Source of the DNA: Mycolicibacterium smegmatis
GTDB lineage: Bacteria > Actinomycetota > Actinomycetes > Mycobacteriales > Mycobacteriaceae
Direction: 5' to 3'
DNA length: 32,000 nucleotides
Assembly (NCBI RefSeq): GCF_001457595.1
Contig: NZ_LN831039.1
Coordinates: 930,001-962,000, forward strand
Shown in pieces: positions 8,950 through 19,750 of this stretch. Position numbers and translations under genes: made by a program. Each line of letters opens with the position of its first letter. Position 1 is the first letter of the stretch. The notes beneath the pieces are model-generated. The model was not told the DNA's origin. It searched no databases and worked only from the letters and a program-made list of their open reading frames with translations.

Positions 8950-9873
8950 ATGGCGAAGTCGTTCACCCTCGTGCAGTTGCGGTACTTCACGGCCGTCGCG
9001 CGGCACGAGAACATGCGGGCGGCCGCGCTCGACCTCAACGTCACCCAGTCCACGCTGTCGGCGGCGATCCACCAGCTCGAGCGTGAGGTGGGCGCCGAAC
9101 TGTTCCAGCGGCTGTCCAGCCGCGGTCTGCGGCTCACCGCCGAGGGCCGAAGGCTCTTGATCGGCGCCAAGACCGTCCTGGAGGACGCCGATCAGCTGTA
9201 CCAATCCGTGCGCGCCGAACGCGAAGAACTCGTCGGCGACCTCGTCGTCGGCATCTTCTCGCCGATCGCGCCGTTCCACGCGCCGAACATCCTCACCGCC
9301 GTCGAGAAACGCCACCCCGGCATCAAACTCACCTTCCTGGAAGGTGACCAGGAGACCCTGATGCGCGCCGTGCGTGACGGGATCTGCGAGATCGCGGTGA
9401 TGTACGACCTGGGCGTCGGCACCGAGTTCGACTACCGATCGCTCGAACGGATCCCGCCGCACGTGCTGGTCTCGGCCGATCACCCGCGCGCCGCCCACCC
9501 CGAGCAGCCGGTGCACCTGCGCGATTTCGAGGACGAACCGTTCGTGCTGCTCGACCTGAAACACAGCCGCGAGTACTACCTCGACATCTTCAAGCGCCTC
9601 GGCGTGCGGCCCCGGATCCGCCATTTCGTGTCGGGCTACGAGACCGTGCGCTCCTACGTCGGCCTGGGGCAGGGCTACTCGGTGCTCAACCGGCGGCTGG
9701 TTCACGACCTGACCTACGCGGGACGACGCATCGTCGCGCTCGAGCTGGCCGACGACGTCCCGCCCATCGAGGTGGTGCTGGTCCGGTTGCGCGACGCGCG
9801 GCTCACGCGCAAGGCCCTCGCGGTCGAGCAGGTGTGTGTGGATCTTCACGCCACCGCTCCGCAGCACCGCTGA
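8950..9873 (+). CDS. LysR-family transcriptional regulator
   Basis: N-terminal LVQLRYFTAVARHENMRAAALDLNVTQSTLSAAIHQLEREVGAELFQRLSSRGLRLTAEGRRLL, a canonical LysR HTH. Confidence 0.95.
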   Translation: MAKSFTLVQLRYFTAVARHENMRAAALDLNVTQSTLSAAIHQLEREVGAELFQRLSSRGLRLTAEGRRLLIGAKTVLEDADQLYQSVRAEREELVGDLVVGIFSPIAPFHAPNILTAVEKRHPGIKLTFLEGDQETLMRAVRDGICEIAVMYDLGVGTEFDYRSLERIPPHVLVSADHPRAAHPEQPVHLRDFEDEPFVLLDLKHSREYYLDIFKRLGVRPRIRHFVSGYETVRSYVGLGQGYSVLNRRLVHDLTYAGRRIVALELADDVPPIEVVLVRLRDARLTRKALAVEQVCVDLHATAPQHR

Positions 9874-9877
9874 GCTG

Positions 9878-9961
9878 CGCTGATCGGTTCAGTCGATCGG
9901 CTTGTCCAATTGTTTTCGTTGGACTTGTGAGAGCGCTGTCACAAAGCTGAACCAATCAGCG
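9878..9961. promoter_or_regulatory. Nested palindromes between the lysR gene and the MHS transporter gene (candidate operator)
   Basis: Outer arms CGCTGATCGGTTCAG (9878-9892) / CTGAACCAATCAGCG (9947-9961). Inner GTCCAA (9904-9909) / TTGGAC (9919-9924). 20-bp near-palindrome TTGTGAGAGCGCTGTCACAA (9925-9944). Confidence 0.55.
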
Positions 9962-9984
9962 ATCTCCGACACCTGAGAGTCCCC

Positions 9985-11337
9985 ATGACGAAGACAGATC
10001 AGCAGGAAGCCGCCGAACTGCGCGACACCGTCCACCCCGAGTCGCAGACATCCGACAAGCAGCCCAGCACCGGCATGCAGAAACGGGTGCTGGCCGGTGG
10101 CGGCATCGGGCAGTTCATCGAGTTCTACGACTTCACCCTCTACGGCCTGTCCGCGGTGACGCTGGCCAAACTGTTCTTTCCGGGCGGCAGCTCCCTGGCC
10201 GGCCTGCTGGCCACCTTCGCCACGTTCGGTGTGGCGTTCTTCGTGCGGCCCCTCGGTGGGCTGTTCTTCGGGGCGCTGGGCGACCGCATCGGCCGCCGTA
10301 AGGTCCTGTTCCTCACCCTGCTGCTGATCGGCACCGCCACCGCGCTGATCGGCATGCTGCCGACCCACGCCAGCATCGGGATCGCCGCGCCGATCCTGCT
10401 CGTGACGTGCCGGCTGGTTCAGGGCTTCTCCGCGGGCGGTGAGTCGGTGGGCGCCCCGGCCTTCGTCTTCGAACACGCCCCGCTGGAGCGGCGCGGGTTC
10501 TGGCTGAACATCACCATCTCCGCGACCGCGCTGCCGTCGGTGGTGGGCGGCACGCTGATCCTGATCCTGTCCTCGACCATGCCTGCCGCGGCGTTCGAGT
10601 CCTACGGATGGCGCATCCCATTCCTGCTCGCGCTGCCACTGGCGGTGTTCGGTGTGTGGATCCGCGCGAAAACCGAAGAGTCCGAGGCGTTCAAGCAGGT
10701 GCTGGCCAAACACGAGCACAAGGAGTTCAGCCCGATCCGCGAGACGTTCCGCCAGAACAAGGTGCGCATGGCGCAGGTCATCTTCGTGATGGGCCTGACC
10801 GCCATGGGCTTCTACTTCCTGTCGGGATACTTCGTGTCCTACGTCCAGACCACCGGCAACCTCAGCCGTGAACAGTCGTTGTTGATCAACGCGATCGCGA
10901 TGGCGATCTACGCGCTGCTGCTCCCCGTCGGCGGCATCATCGGCGACAGGGTCGGACGCAAACCCATGCTGATCGCCGGATCGGCAGCGCTGGCGGTGCT
11001 TTCGATCCCGTGCTTCATGCTGGTCACCAGCGGGTCGCTGTCGCTGGCCATGGTCGGGCAGTTGTTGTTCGTGGTGCCGCTGTGCATCTACGGCGGTGGC
11101 TGCTACACGTTCTTCGTCGAGGTCTTCACCACGGCAACACGATTCACCTCGGCGGCGATCAGCTACAACGTCGCCTACGCGGTGTTCGGCGGTACGGCAC
11201 CGTTCATCGGCACCATGCTGGTGTCCTCGACCGAACTGGACGCCGCCCCCGGCTATTACATGGCCACGGCCGCCGCGGTGGTCCTGCTCCTGCTGCTTTT
11301 CGCGCGGGTGCCGGAAACACGCCGCCGCATCGGCTGA
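9985..11337 (+). CDS. MFS transporter, metabolite:H+ symporter (MHS)-like
   Basis: IGQFIEFYDFTLYGLSAVTLAKLFFPGG, VRPLGGLFFGALGDRIGRRKVLFLTLL, and VTCRLVQGFSAGGESVGA motifs. Confidence 0.93.
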   Translation: MTKTDQQEAAELRDTVHPESQTSDKQPSTGMQKRVLAGGGIGQFIEFYDFTLYGLSAVTLAKLFFPGGSSLAGLLATFATFGVAFFVRPLGGLFFGALGDRIGRRKVLFLTLLLIGTATALIGMLPTHASIGIAAPILLVTCRLVQGFSAGGESVGAPAFVFEHAPLERRGFWLNITISATALPSVVGGTLILILSSTMPAAAFESYGWRIPFLLALPLAVFGVWIRAKTEESEAFKQVLAKHEHKEFSPIRETFRQNKVRMAQVIFVMGLTAMGFYFLSGYFVSYVQTTGNLSREQSLLINAIAMAIYALLLPVGGIIGDRVGRKPMLIAGSAALAVLSIPCFMLVTSGSLSLAMVGQLLFVVPLCIYGGGCYTFFVEVFTTATRFTSAAISYNVAYAVFGGTAPFIGTMLVSSTELDAAPGYYMATAAAVVLLLLLFARVPETRRRIG

Positions 11338-11368
11338 GCCCGACTTCGAATCTCTCTAAGGAATAAAC

Positions 11369-12628
11369 ATGTCTGCAACCGCATTTCTCGCCGACTTCCA
11401 CCACGTCGCCACCTTCGGGGCCACCGAAAACCAGGGCGTCGACCGCCAGGCCGCGACCCCCGAGGACAAGCTGAGCCGCGACTGGTTCGCCGCGTTCGCC
11501 GCCCAGCGTGGGTGGGAACTGCGCGTCGACAGCATCGGAAACATGTTTGCGCTCGTCGAATTCATCCCAGGCGCGCCCTACATCCTGATCGGGTCGCACC
11601 TGGACTCCCAGCCCCTCGGCGGGCGTTTCGACGGCGCGTACGGCGTCATCGCCGCGCTACACGCGGCCGAACGCGTCGAACAGCGAATCAAGGGCAGCAC
11701 CGGAACCGACAGCGGCGAGGTGCGGTACAACCTTGCGGTGGTCAACTGGTTCAACGAGGAGGGCGGGCGGTTCGCCCCGTCGATCATGGGGTCCTCGGTG
11801 TTCGCGGGACTCATGGACGAAGACGAGATGCTCGCGGTGCGTGACCTTTCGGGTGTCTCGGTAGCCGAGGCGCTGGCCGAGATCGGCTACCGCGGCACCG
11901 ATCCGCGTCCGCAGGCCGCCGGGTACGCCGAGATCCACATCGAGCAGGGCCGCATCCTGGAGCGCGAGGGCATCGCGCTGGGCGCGGTCGACTACTCCTG
12001 GTACACGCAGAAACTCGACATCGAGGTGCTCGGCGAGCAGTCGCACACAGGCGCGACCGCGATGGCCGACCGCCGCGACGCCCTGGTGGCCGCCAGCAAG
12101 GTGGTGCTGCTGGTGCACGACGTCGTCGGCCAGTTCGAGGACGAGGCCATCGTGTCGTCGGTCGGTCGTTTCACCGTCGAACCCAACTCGCCGATCGTGG
12201 TGCCCCGCCGCGTGCACCTGGTGGCCGACCTGCGCTCGGCCTCACCAGAGATCGTTGCTGCGGCACGGTCGAGCCTGCTCGCCGACATCGCCAAGGTCGC
12301 CGAAGCGCATGACATCCGGATCAACGTGCGCGACTTCGACATTCGTGACATCCAGCGCTTCCCGCAGGCCGGTATCGAGCTGACCCAGAAGGTCGCTGCC
12401 GACCTCGGGCTCAGTGTGCGGCCCATCCGCACGATGGCCGGGCACGACTCGGTGCCGATGAACCGCATCGTGCCCACCGTGATGATGTTCATCCCGTCGG
12501 TCGACGGCGTCAGCCACTGCGAGCGCGAGTTCAGCACCGACGAGGACATGGTCGCCGGCGTCGACGCGCTGACCGGGGTGGCCTGGGAAATGGTGCACGG
12601 TGCGCTGGCCGCCGAGACGGTGGCCTGA
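11369..12628 (+). CDS. M20-family Zn-dependent amidohydrolase (N-carbamoyl-L-amino acid hydrolase / allantoate amidohydrolase-like)
   Basis: YILIGSHLDSQPLGGRFDGAYGVIAALHAAE, IHIEQGRILEREGIALG, and MAGHDSVPMNRIVPTVMMFIPSVDGVSHCEREFS metal/dimer motifs. Confidence 0.9.
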   Translation: MSATAFLADFHHVATFGATENQGVDRQAATPEDKLSRDWFAAFAAQRGWELRVDSIGNMFALVEFIPGAPYILIGSHLDSQPLGGRFDGAYGVIAALHAAERVEQRIKGSTGTDSGEVRYNLAVVNWFNEEGGRFAPSIMGSSVFAGLMDEDEMLAVRDLSGVSVAEALAEIGYRGTDPRPQAAGYAEIHIEQGRILEREGIALGAVDYSWYTQKLDIEVLGEQSHTGATAMADRRDALVAASKVVLLVHDVVGQFEDEAIVSSVGRFTVEPNSPIVVPRRVHLVADLRSASPEIVAAARSSLLADIAKVAEAHDIRINVRDFDIRDIQRFPQAGIELTQKVAADLGLSVRPIRTMAGHDSVPMNRIVPTVMMFIPSVDGVSHCEREFSTDEDMVAGVDALTGVAWEMVHGALAAETVA

Positions 12629-14091
12629 TGACCGCGGGCGTGATGGCGCCGCTGGCGTATCTGAGCGCCACCGAGGCCAGGAAAGCCTTTCGTAGCCGCG
12701 AACTCTCACCGCTGGACGTGCTCGACGCGCAGATCTCGCAGATCGAGGCTCACAACGGTGACCGCGACACCGGCATCAACGCGTTCACCGAGACCCTGTT
12801 CGACGACGCCCGGACACAGGCACGTGCGGCCGCCGACATGTACACGCGCTACGCCGCGTCGGGCGACGAGCCGCCACCGCTGCTGGGGCTCACCGTGGCC
12901 ACCAAGGAGAAGCACGGCATCGCGGGCCTGCGCCTTGAGCAGGGACTCGCGGCGCACCGCGGGCGCGTCGCCGAACACGACCACCCCGTGGTCGAACGGA
13001 TCAGGGCCGCAGGCGGCATCATCCATGCGCGCACCACCAGCCCGGAGTTCAGCTGCGCCACCGTCACCCACTCACCCATGTGGGGCGTCACGCGCAATCC
13101 GTGGAACCCGCAGACCTCGCCGGGCGGATCGTCCGGCGGCGCGGGCGCGGCCCTGGCCGCCGGGTTCACCACACTGGCCACCGCGTCCGACATCGCCGGA
13201 TCCACCCGTATCCCAGCAGGTTTCACCGGCACGGTCGGCTACAAGGCGCCCTACGGGCGTATCCCTGGCCTGCCGCCGCTGGCCGCCGACTGGTACCGCG
13301 GTGACGGGCCGATGGGCCGCACCGTGGCCGACGTCGCGCTGCTCAGCGCCGTCATGTCGGGGCGCCACCCTGCCGACCACGCCTCGTGGGGCCCGGCGAA
13401 CCAGTCGCCCCTGCGCACCGGTGGAGTGCGCGGTCTGCGGATCGGGCTCTCGGTCCATCTCGGCGATTTCCCCGTCGCGGAGGCCGTTGCCGCCAACACC
13501 CGCGCGGTGGCCGACGTTCTCGCCGGCGCCGGCGCCGAGGTGGTCGGCATCGACCTGCCCTGGACCACCGCGCAGATCAGGGACACCATCTTCGCGCACT
13601 TCGGCCACATCCTCGCCCCGGCCATGCAGCGCGAAACGAAGGGCACCGAAGGCGAACTCGCGGCCTACACGCGGCAGTTCATCGCCGACGCTGCCGCGGC
13701 CGCACAGCACTGCCCATTGGTGGACTCGCTGGCCGCCGACGCGCGCGTGCAGCACGAACTGGCCGTCGCCATGCGCGATGTCGACGTGCTGCTGTGCCCG
13801 ACGTCAGCGGTGACCTCGCTGCGCGCCGACGGTGACTACCTCGACGGCATCGACACCGAACACGGCCACCGCAGGCACTACTGGGAAGGCCACATGACGA
13901 GTCCGTTCAACGTGGCCAACCACTGCGCGGTGCTTTCGGTGCCCAGTGGGCTGTCCCCCGAGGGAGTGCCCACGGGGGTCCAGGTCGTCAGTCATCCGCA
14001 CGACGAGTCGGCGGCATTTCACGTCGCGCACGCCGTGCAGACACTGGTCGGCTTCGACGCGCGGCCGGTGCTCGATCCGAAGTCTCAGTAG
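12628..14091 (+). CDS. Amidase (amidase-signature family)
   Basis: VATKEKHGIAG catalytic Lys region, TSPGGSSGGAGAALAAGFTTLATASDIAGSTRIPAGFTGTVGYKAPYGR. Start overlaps the preceding stop (TGATG). Confidence 0.93.
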   Translation: MTAGVMAPLAYLSATEARKAFRSRELSPLDVLDAQISQIEAHNGDRDTGINAFTETLFDDARTQARAAADMYTRYAASGDEPPPLLGLTVATKEKHGIAGLRLEQGLAAHRGRVAEHDHPVVERIRAAGGIIHARTTSPEFSCATVTHSPMWGVTRNPWNPQTSPGGSSGGAGAALAAGFTTLATASDIAGSTRIPAGFTGTVGYKAPYGRIPGLPPLAADWYRGDGPMGRTVADVALLSAVMSGRHPADHASWGPANQSPLRTGGVRGLRIGLSVHLGDFPVAEAVAANTRAVADVLAGAGAEVVGIDLPWTTAQIRDTIFAHFGHILAPAMQRETKGTEGELAAYTRQFIADAAAAAQHCPLVDSLAADARVQHELAVAMRDVDVLLCPTSAVTSLRADGDYLDGIDTEHGHRRHYWEGHMTSPFNVANHCAVLSVPSGLSPEGVPTGVQVVSHPHDESAAFHVAHAVQTLVGFDARPVLDPKSQ

Positions 14092-14354
14092 AGCTTCGCG
14101 AGAACCTCACCGGCCTCGGCGTCCTCGACCGCCGGGGTGACGTCCATGGTGAGGAACTCGCCCCATTCGGCCGTGGACTCGAACATCGCCTTGGCGTCGT
14201 CGGTTTCGACGATCGCGAAGCCCTGCCCGTTCATGCCCCACCAACGGCCCAGCAGCGTCACCCCTTCGGGAACCTGGGCGCCGGTCTTCCTGAACTTGTC
14301 GACCGCGTCGCGGAAGCCGGCCTGCGATTGGGTCCAGTGCACGATGAACTTCAT
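14085..14354 (-). CDS. Small DUF3303-like protein
   Basis: MKFIVHWTQSQAGFRDAVDKFRKTGAQVPEGVTLLGRWWGMNGQGFAIVETDDAKAMFESTAEWGEFLTMDVTPAVEDAEAGEVLAKLY; overlaps the amidase 3' end by 7 bp. Confidence 0.8.
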   Translation of the reverse strand: MKFIVHWTQSQAGFRDAVDKFRKTGAQVPEGVTLLGRWWGMNGQGFAIVETDDAKAMFESTAEWGEFLTMDVTPAVEDAEAGEVLAKLY

Positions 14355-14359
14355 TGCGG

Positions 14360-15727
14360 TTACCTCCTGGTGACGCGGGCCGGAACCGGCGCCGCGGCGA
14401 TCACGGTGAAGGGGGTCTCCACCGGAAAATCGGTGTTCTGGGATTCGACGGACACCGCCCGGATGACGGTGGCCAGGGCCAAGGTGGCCTCCAGCATGGC
14501 GAAGTGATCGCCGATGCATGACCGTGGACCGCCACCGAAAGGCAGGTACTGCCAACGGTTCCGGCCCGCCGAGCGTTCGGGGCTGAACCGGTCGGGGTCG
14601 AACCGCTCTGGTGCGTCCCACAGGGTGGGGCTGCGGTGCATGGCGTAGAAGTTGACGATCGCCACGGTGCCCGCTTCGACGCGATACCCATCGACCGTCA
14701 TCTCCTCGTTGAGCATCCGCATCGTTCCCGATCCGGGAGGGCACAGGCGCAGCGCCTCGTGCAGCACTCGCATGGTGTAGGTCAGCTGTGGCACGTCGTC
14801 GGTGGTGAGTTCCCGGTCGCCCAGCGCGGCCACCTCGGCGTACACCCGCTCCTGGATGTCGGGATGGTGGCCCAGCGCCCACAGCGAATAGCACAGCGTC
14901 GTCGAGGTGGTGTCGTGCCCGGCGAGCATGAAAAGCACCAACTCATCGCAGATCTGGTCGTCGGTGAGACCCCGTCCGGTTTCGGGGTCGCGCGCTTCGA
15001 GCAGCGCGCGCACCAGCGGCGCGTCCCGGTCGGGATCCGCGCGCACGTCGGCCAGGATCTCGGCCGCCAGACGATGCAGGGTTGCGTTGCCCGCGCGGGC
15101 CTTGCGCTGCCCCCGGGTGGGCACCCACTGCGGCAGGTTCACCGGCCGACTCGCGCGGTCGGCCACCCACGACAACGACGTGCGCAGTGCGGGACCGACA
15201 TCCTCGGCGCGCTGGTCGAGGTCGACGCCGAAAATCGAACGGCCCAGCGCCCGCAACGTCAGGGCACGGCACGCCGTGTCCAGGTCGACGGTGGTGCCGT
15301 CACGCCACGAGTCGGCCACCGACTGCGCCGCGGCCGCCATGTGGCCGGCGAAGCGCGGCACGTGCTTCCTGGTGAACATCGGTTGCAGCGTGCGCCTGCG
15401 CGGCAGCCAGCGATCATGCGGCAGGTCAAGGAGATTGCCGCCCATGAGCCGGTACAGCTCGACCATGATGCGGGCCTTGCCGCGATCGGCGACCGCGTCG
15501 GGGCGTCCCAGCACGTCGCGCGCACCCTGTGGTGACGCGATCAAGAGCACCGGAGGCAGTAGCCATCGCGGTCCCAGGACGATCCGGTGGACCGGCCCGC
15601 CTGCGTCGAACAACCGCTGGGCACCCTCGACGAACGAGCGCAGACAGCGGACCTGCTCGCGGTAGGGCAGGGGATTACGCGGCGCGCGCGGCGACTCGAC
15701 CGCGGGGCCGCTGGCTATCTCGACCAT
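14360..15727 (-). CDS. Cytochrome P450
   Basis: I-helix [16 protein letters not shown], ExxR in LHEALRL, heme loop [18 protein letters not shown]. The ORF can extend to a GTG at 15748. Confidence 0.95.
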   Translation of the reverse strand: MVEIASGPAVESPRAPRNPLPYREQVRCLRSFVEGAQRLFDAGGPVHRIVLGPRWLLPPVLLIASPQGARDVLGRPDAVADRGKARIMVELYRLMGGNLLDLPHDRWLPRRRTLQPMFTRKHVPRFAGHMAAAAQSVADSWRDGTTVDLDTACRALTLRALGRSIFGVDLDQRAEDVGPALRTSLSWVADRASRPVNLPQWVPTRGQRKARAGNATLHRLAAEILADVRADPDRDAPLVRALLEARDPETGRGLTDDQICDELVLFMLAGHDTTSTTLCYSLWALGHHPDIQERVYAEVAALGDRELTTDDVPQLTYTMRVLHEALRLCPPGSGTMRMLNEEMTVDGYRVEAGTVAIVNFYAMHRSPTLWDAPERFDPDRFSPERSAGRNRWQYLPFGGGPRSCIGDHFAMLEATLALATVIRAVSVESQNTDFPVETPFTVIAAAPVPARVTRR

Positions 15728-15773
15728 GAATCGAGTGTCGGCCCGCACCGAGTGCCGTGTTTAGAGTAGGGAG

Positions 15774-16328
15774 TTACCCTATTTTCCCGGTCCTGCTGTT
15801 TTCACTGGTCGCGATGCACGTCACGGTCCGGTCGCCGCGTTGCCACGAGTCGGCCGTCGGGTACAGCACCATCGCCCGGATCGCCTTGTCGTCCGCCGCC
15901 GCGGGTGCGTACTCCTTGAGCGCCGGCCCGCATTTCTCGGTGAACTCGAGCACCGCGCCCTCGCCGGGGAAATCGCCGTCGGGCATCTGCATCACCGCGA
16001 ACACCTCGCCCTTGTGCGGCTGATCGCACGCCACGGTCTCGACGTAGAGCACCCGGCTGCTGTCCGGGATCTCGGCCAGGCAGTCACCGACCTTGACCTG
16101 TGAGGCCTCGGTCGAATCCTTTTCGGTCACGTAGTACAGCGCCACGGCCGCACCCGCGACGAGCATCGCGAGCACCGCCACGACGACCGCGACGAGCACC
16201 CACACGCGCCTGGGCTTCTTCGGCGGCTGCGGGATGGGCCCGGTGCCGTTGGTGTAGGGCAGCGGGGGAGGCGGTGGGTATCCGTGTGCGCCGTAGGGCG
16301 GTGGTGGAGGACCGGGCGGAGTGGTCAT
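15774..16328 (-). CDS. Pro-rich N-terminus, single-TM, septum formation family-like protein
   Basis: MTTPPGPPPPPYGAHGYPPPPPLPYTN..., TM VWVLVAVVVAVLAMLVAGAAVALYYV, then VKVGDCLAEIP...TVACDQPHKGEVFAVMQMPDGDFPG. Confidence 0.8.
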   Translation of the reverse strand: MTTPPGPPPPPYGAHGYPPPPPLPYTNGTGPIPQPPKKPRRVWVLVAVVVAVLAMLVAGAAVALYYVTEKDSTEASQVKVGDCLAEIPDSSRVLYVETVACDQPHKGEVFAVMQMPDGDFPGEGAVLEFTEKCGPALKEYAPAAADDKAIRAMVLYPTADSWQRGDRTVTCIATSENSRTGKIG

Positions 16329-16330
16329 GC

Positions 16331-16978
16331 TCAGACGATATCGAGCATCCTCAAAGCCGCGTCGACCGCGAGGGCCGGGACATTGTGCGTCTTGGACGCG
16401 AGGTCATGGCGTGCCCCGTCGATCGCGACCACCTCGGTGGGGCCGTTGATCAGTGCCGCGGCCGCGGTGACCTCGCCGATCGTGCCGAACGGATCCGACG
16501 AACCATGCGTGAACACCGTCGGCCCAGTGATGTTCGGCAGATGCTCGGTGCGGGCGCGCTCGGGCTTGCCGGGCGGATGCACCGGATACGAGAACAGCGT
16601 CAGCACATCCATACCGCCGTGCTCGGCCGCGACCATCGACGTCATACGCCCGCCGTAGGAGTGCCCTCCCGCGAGCACGGGCCCGTCGGTGAGACCACGC
16701 GCGAACGCGATGGCTTCGGCGACACCTTCCTGATCGGCCTGGGCCGATCCCGAGGGCGGGCCCTTTGGGCGGCGCCGGCGGTAGGGCAGGTTGTAGCGGA
16801 TCGCCAGCCATCCGCGCGCGGCCCATTCGTCGCAGATCCGCGTCAGCAGCGCCCCGTCGCGGTTGCCGCCCGCGCCGTGGGTGAGCACCACGACACCGCG
16901 CGGGTCGGCTTCCGGTTCGTGTGCGACGCCGGCGATGGCCTCGAGGCCTTCGAGGGTCTGGCGCGCGTCACGAGCCAT
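16331..16978 (-). CDS. Alpha/beta hydrolase (dienelactone hydrolase/KANL3-like)
   Basis: GVVVLTHGAGGNRDGALL, VLAGGHSYGGRMTSMVA nucleophile elbow, and FTHGSSDPFGT; catalytic His in DGARHDL. Confidence 0.85.
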   Translation of the reverse strand: MARDARQTLEGLEAIAGVAHEPEADPRGVVVLTHGAGGNRDGALLTRICDEWAARGWLAIRYNLPYRRRRPKGPPSGSAQADQEGVAEAIAFARGLTDGPVLAGGHSYGGRMTSMVAAEHGGMDVLTLFSYPVHPPGKPERARTEHLPNITGPTVFTHGSSDPFGTIGEVTAAAALINGPTEVVAIDGARHDLASKTHNVPALAVDAALRMLDIV

Positions 16979-17804
16979 GGTGCAACCTGAACAGGGCCGA
17001 CACCGGGCCGTGGCCGTGGCCCAACGGATATGCCGCACGCAGACATTCGGTCACCCACCCTTTGGCGAACGCTACCGCGTCGGGCATATCCATGCCGTGT
17101 GCCAGCGCGCAGGCCGCGGCCGCGGCGAGGGTGTCCCCGGCGCCGTGGTCGTGTCCGGTGTCGATCCGCTCGGCGCCGAACTCGTAGAAGTCGGTGCCGT
17201 TGTACAGCAGATCGGGGCTCTGCGCCGACGTGCGCAGGTGCCCGCCCTTGACCAGTGCCCACTTGGGACCCAGAGCGTGCAGCGCCTTGGCGGCGTCGCG
17301 CTGCGTGGCCTCGTCCACCACCTCGATGCCGGTGATGAGCCGGACCTCGTCGAGGTTCGGTGTCACCAGTGAGGCGATCGGAAACAGTTCGTTGCGAACC
17401 GAATCGAGGGCACTGGGATGCAGCAGCGGATCGCCGTGCATCGACGCGCACACCGGATCGACCACCAGCGGGGCTTCGGTGCCCAGCCCGCGCCAGGTCT
17501 CGGCGACCGCACCGATGATCTCTGCTGACGCCAGCATGCCGGTCTTGGCGGCCTGGATGCCGATGTCCTCGGCGACCACCTGGATCTGCCCTGCGATGAT
17601 GTCGACCGGAACCTCGTGAAATCCCTTGACCCCCACCGAATTCTGCACCGTGACGGCTGCCACCGCGACACAGCCGTGCACGCCCAGCATGGCGAACGTG
17701 CGCAGATCGGCCTGGATGCCCGCGCCGCCACCGGAATCGGTGCCCGCGATGGTCATCACCCGGGTCGGCGTCTGACCGGGCGGGGTCAGCGGTAGCAGTT
17801 TCAC
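16968..17804 (-). CDS. thiD: Phosphomethylpyrimidine kinase / hydroxymethylpyrimidine kinase
   Basis: [42 protein letters not shown]; [11 protein letters not shown]; [23 protein letters not shown]. Located immediately downstream of thiC. GTG start inferred. Confidence 0.96.
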   Translation of the reverse strand: MKLLPLTPPGQTPTRVMTIAGTDSGGGAGIQADLRTFAMLGVHGCVAVAAVTVQNSVGVKGFHEVPVDIIAGQIQVVAEDIGIQAAKTGMLASAEIIGAVAETWRGLGTEAPLVVDPVCASMHGDPLLHPSALDSVRNELFPIASLVTPNLDEVRLITGIEVVDEATQRDAAKALHALGPKWALVKGGHLRTSAQSPDLLYNGTDFYEFGAERIDTGHDHGAGDTLAAAAACALAHGMDMPDAVAFAKGWVTECLRAAYPLGHGHGPVSALFRLHHGS

Positions 17805-17812
17805 GTTGTTCC

Positions 17813-19540
<1,728 letters not shown>

Positions 19541-19610
19541 GTTTTCTCTGCCGTCGCTGAACCTAGCGCAGATCCGCGCGTTGGGGAACCGGGACGCGAT
19601 TTCCGGATGG

Positions 19611-19648
19611 GAATTTATATAGGTAGCATATGTGTTTTGGTTGTGTTG
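19611..19648. promoter_or_regulatory. AT-rich intergenic patch, candidate divergent promoter region (thiC / MFS)
   Basis: GAATTTATATAGGTAGCATATGTGTTTTGGTTGTGTTG stands out in very high-GC context. Plus strand TAGCAT (19624-19629) fits TANNNT; minus strand has TATAAA-like sequence at 19612-19617. Confidence 0.4.
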
Positions 19649-19750
19649 CCGCGCGCCGTCCTGGGAAGTTCCTGTGCGGCCAGCGAAGTGGGGGAACCAA
19701 GTTGGGGCAAAGCTGCCCCGTGATCTTTCGATGCACAGAACGAAGACGGA

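Noticed and set aside
7925-9867. ORFs 7925-8662 (+) and 8851-9867 (-)
   Set aside because: Antisense to the monooxygenase and the LysR regulator; no domain-like composition.
15767-15781. TAGGG-AGTTA-CCCTA palindrome upstream of the P450
   Set aside because: Only 5-bp arms and overlapping the stop region of the neighbouring gene; expected by chance at this scale.
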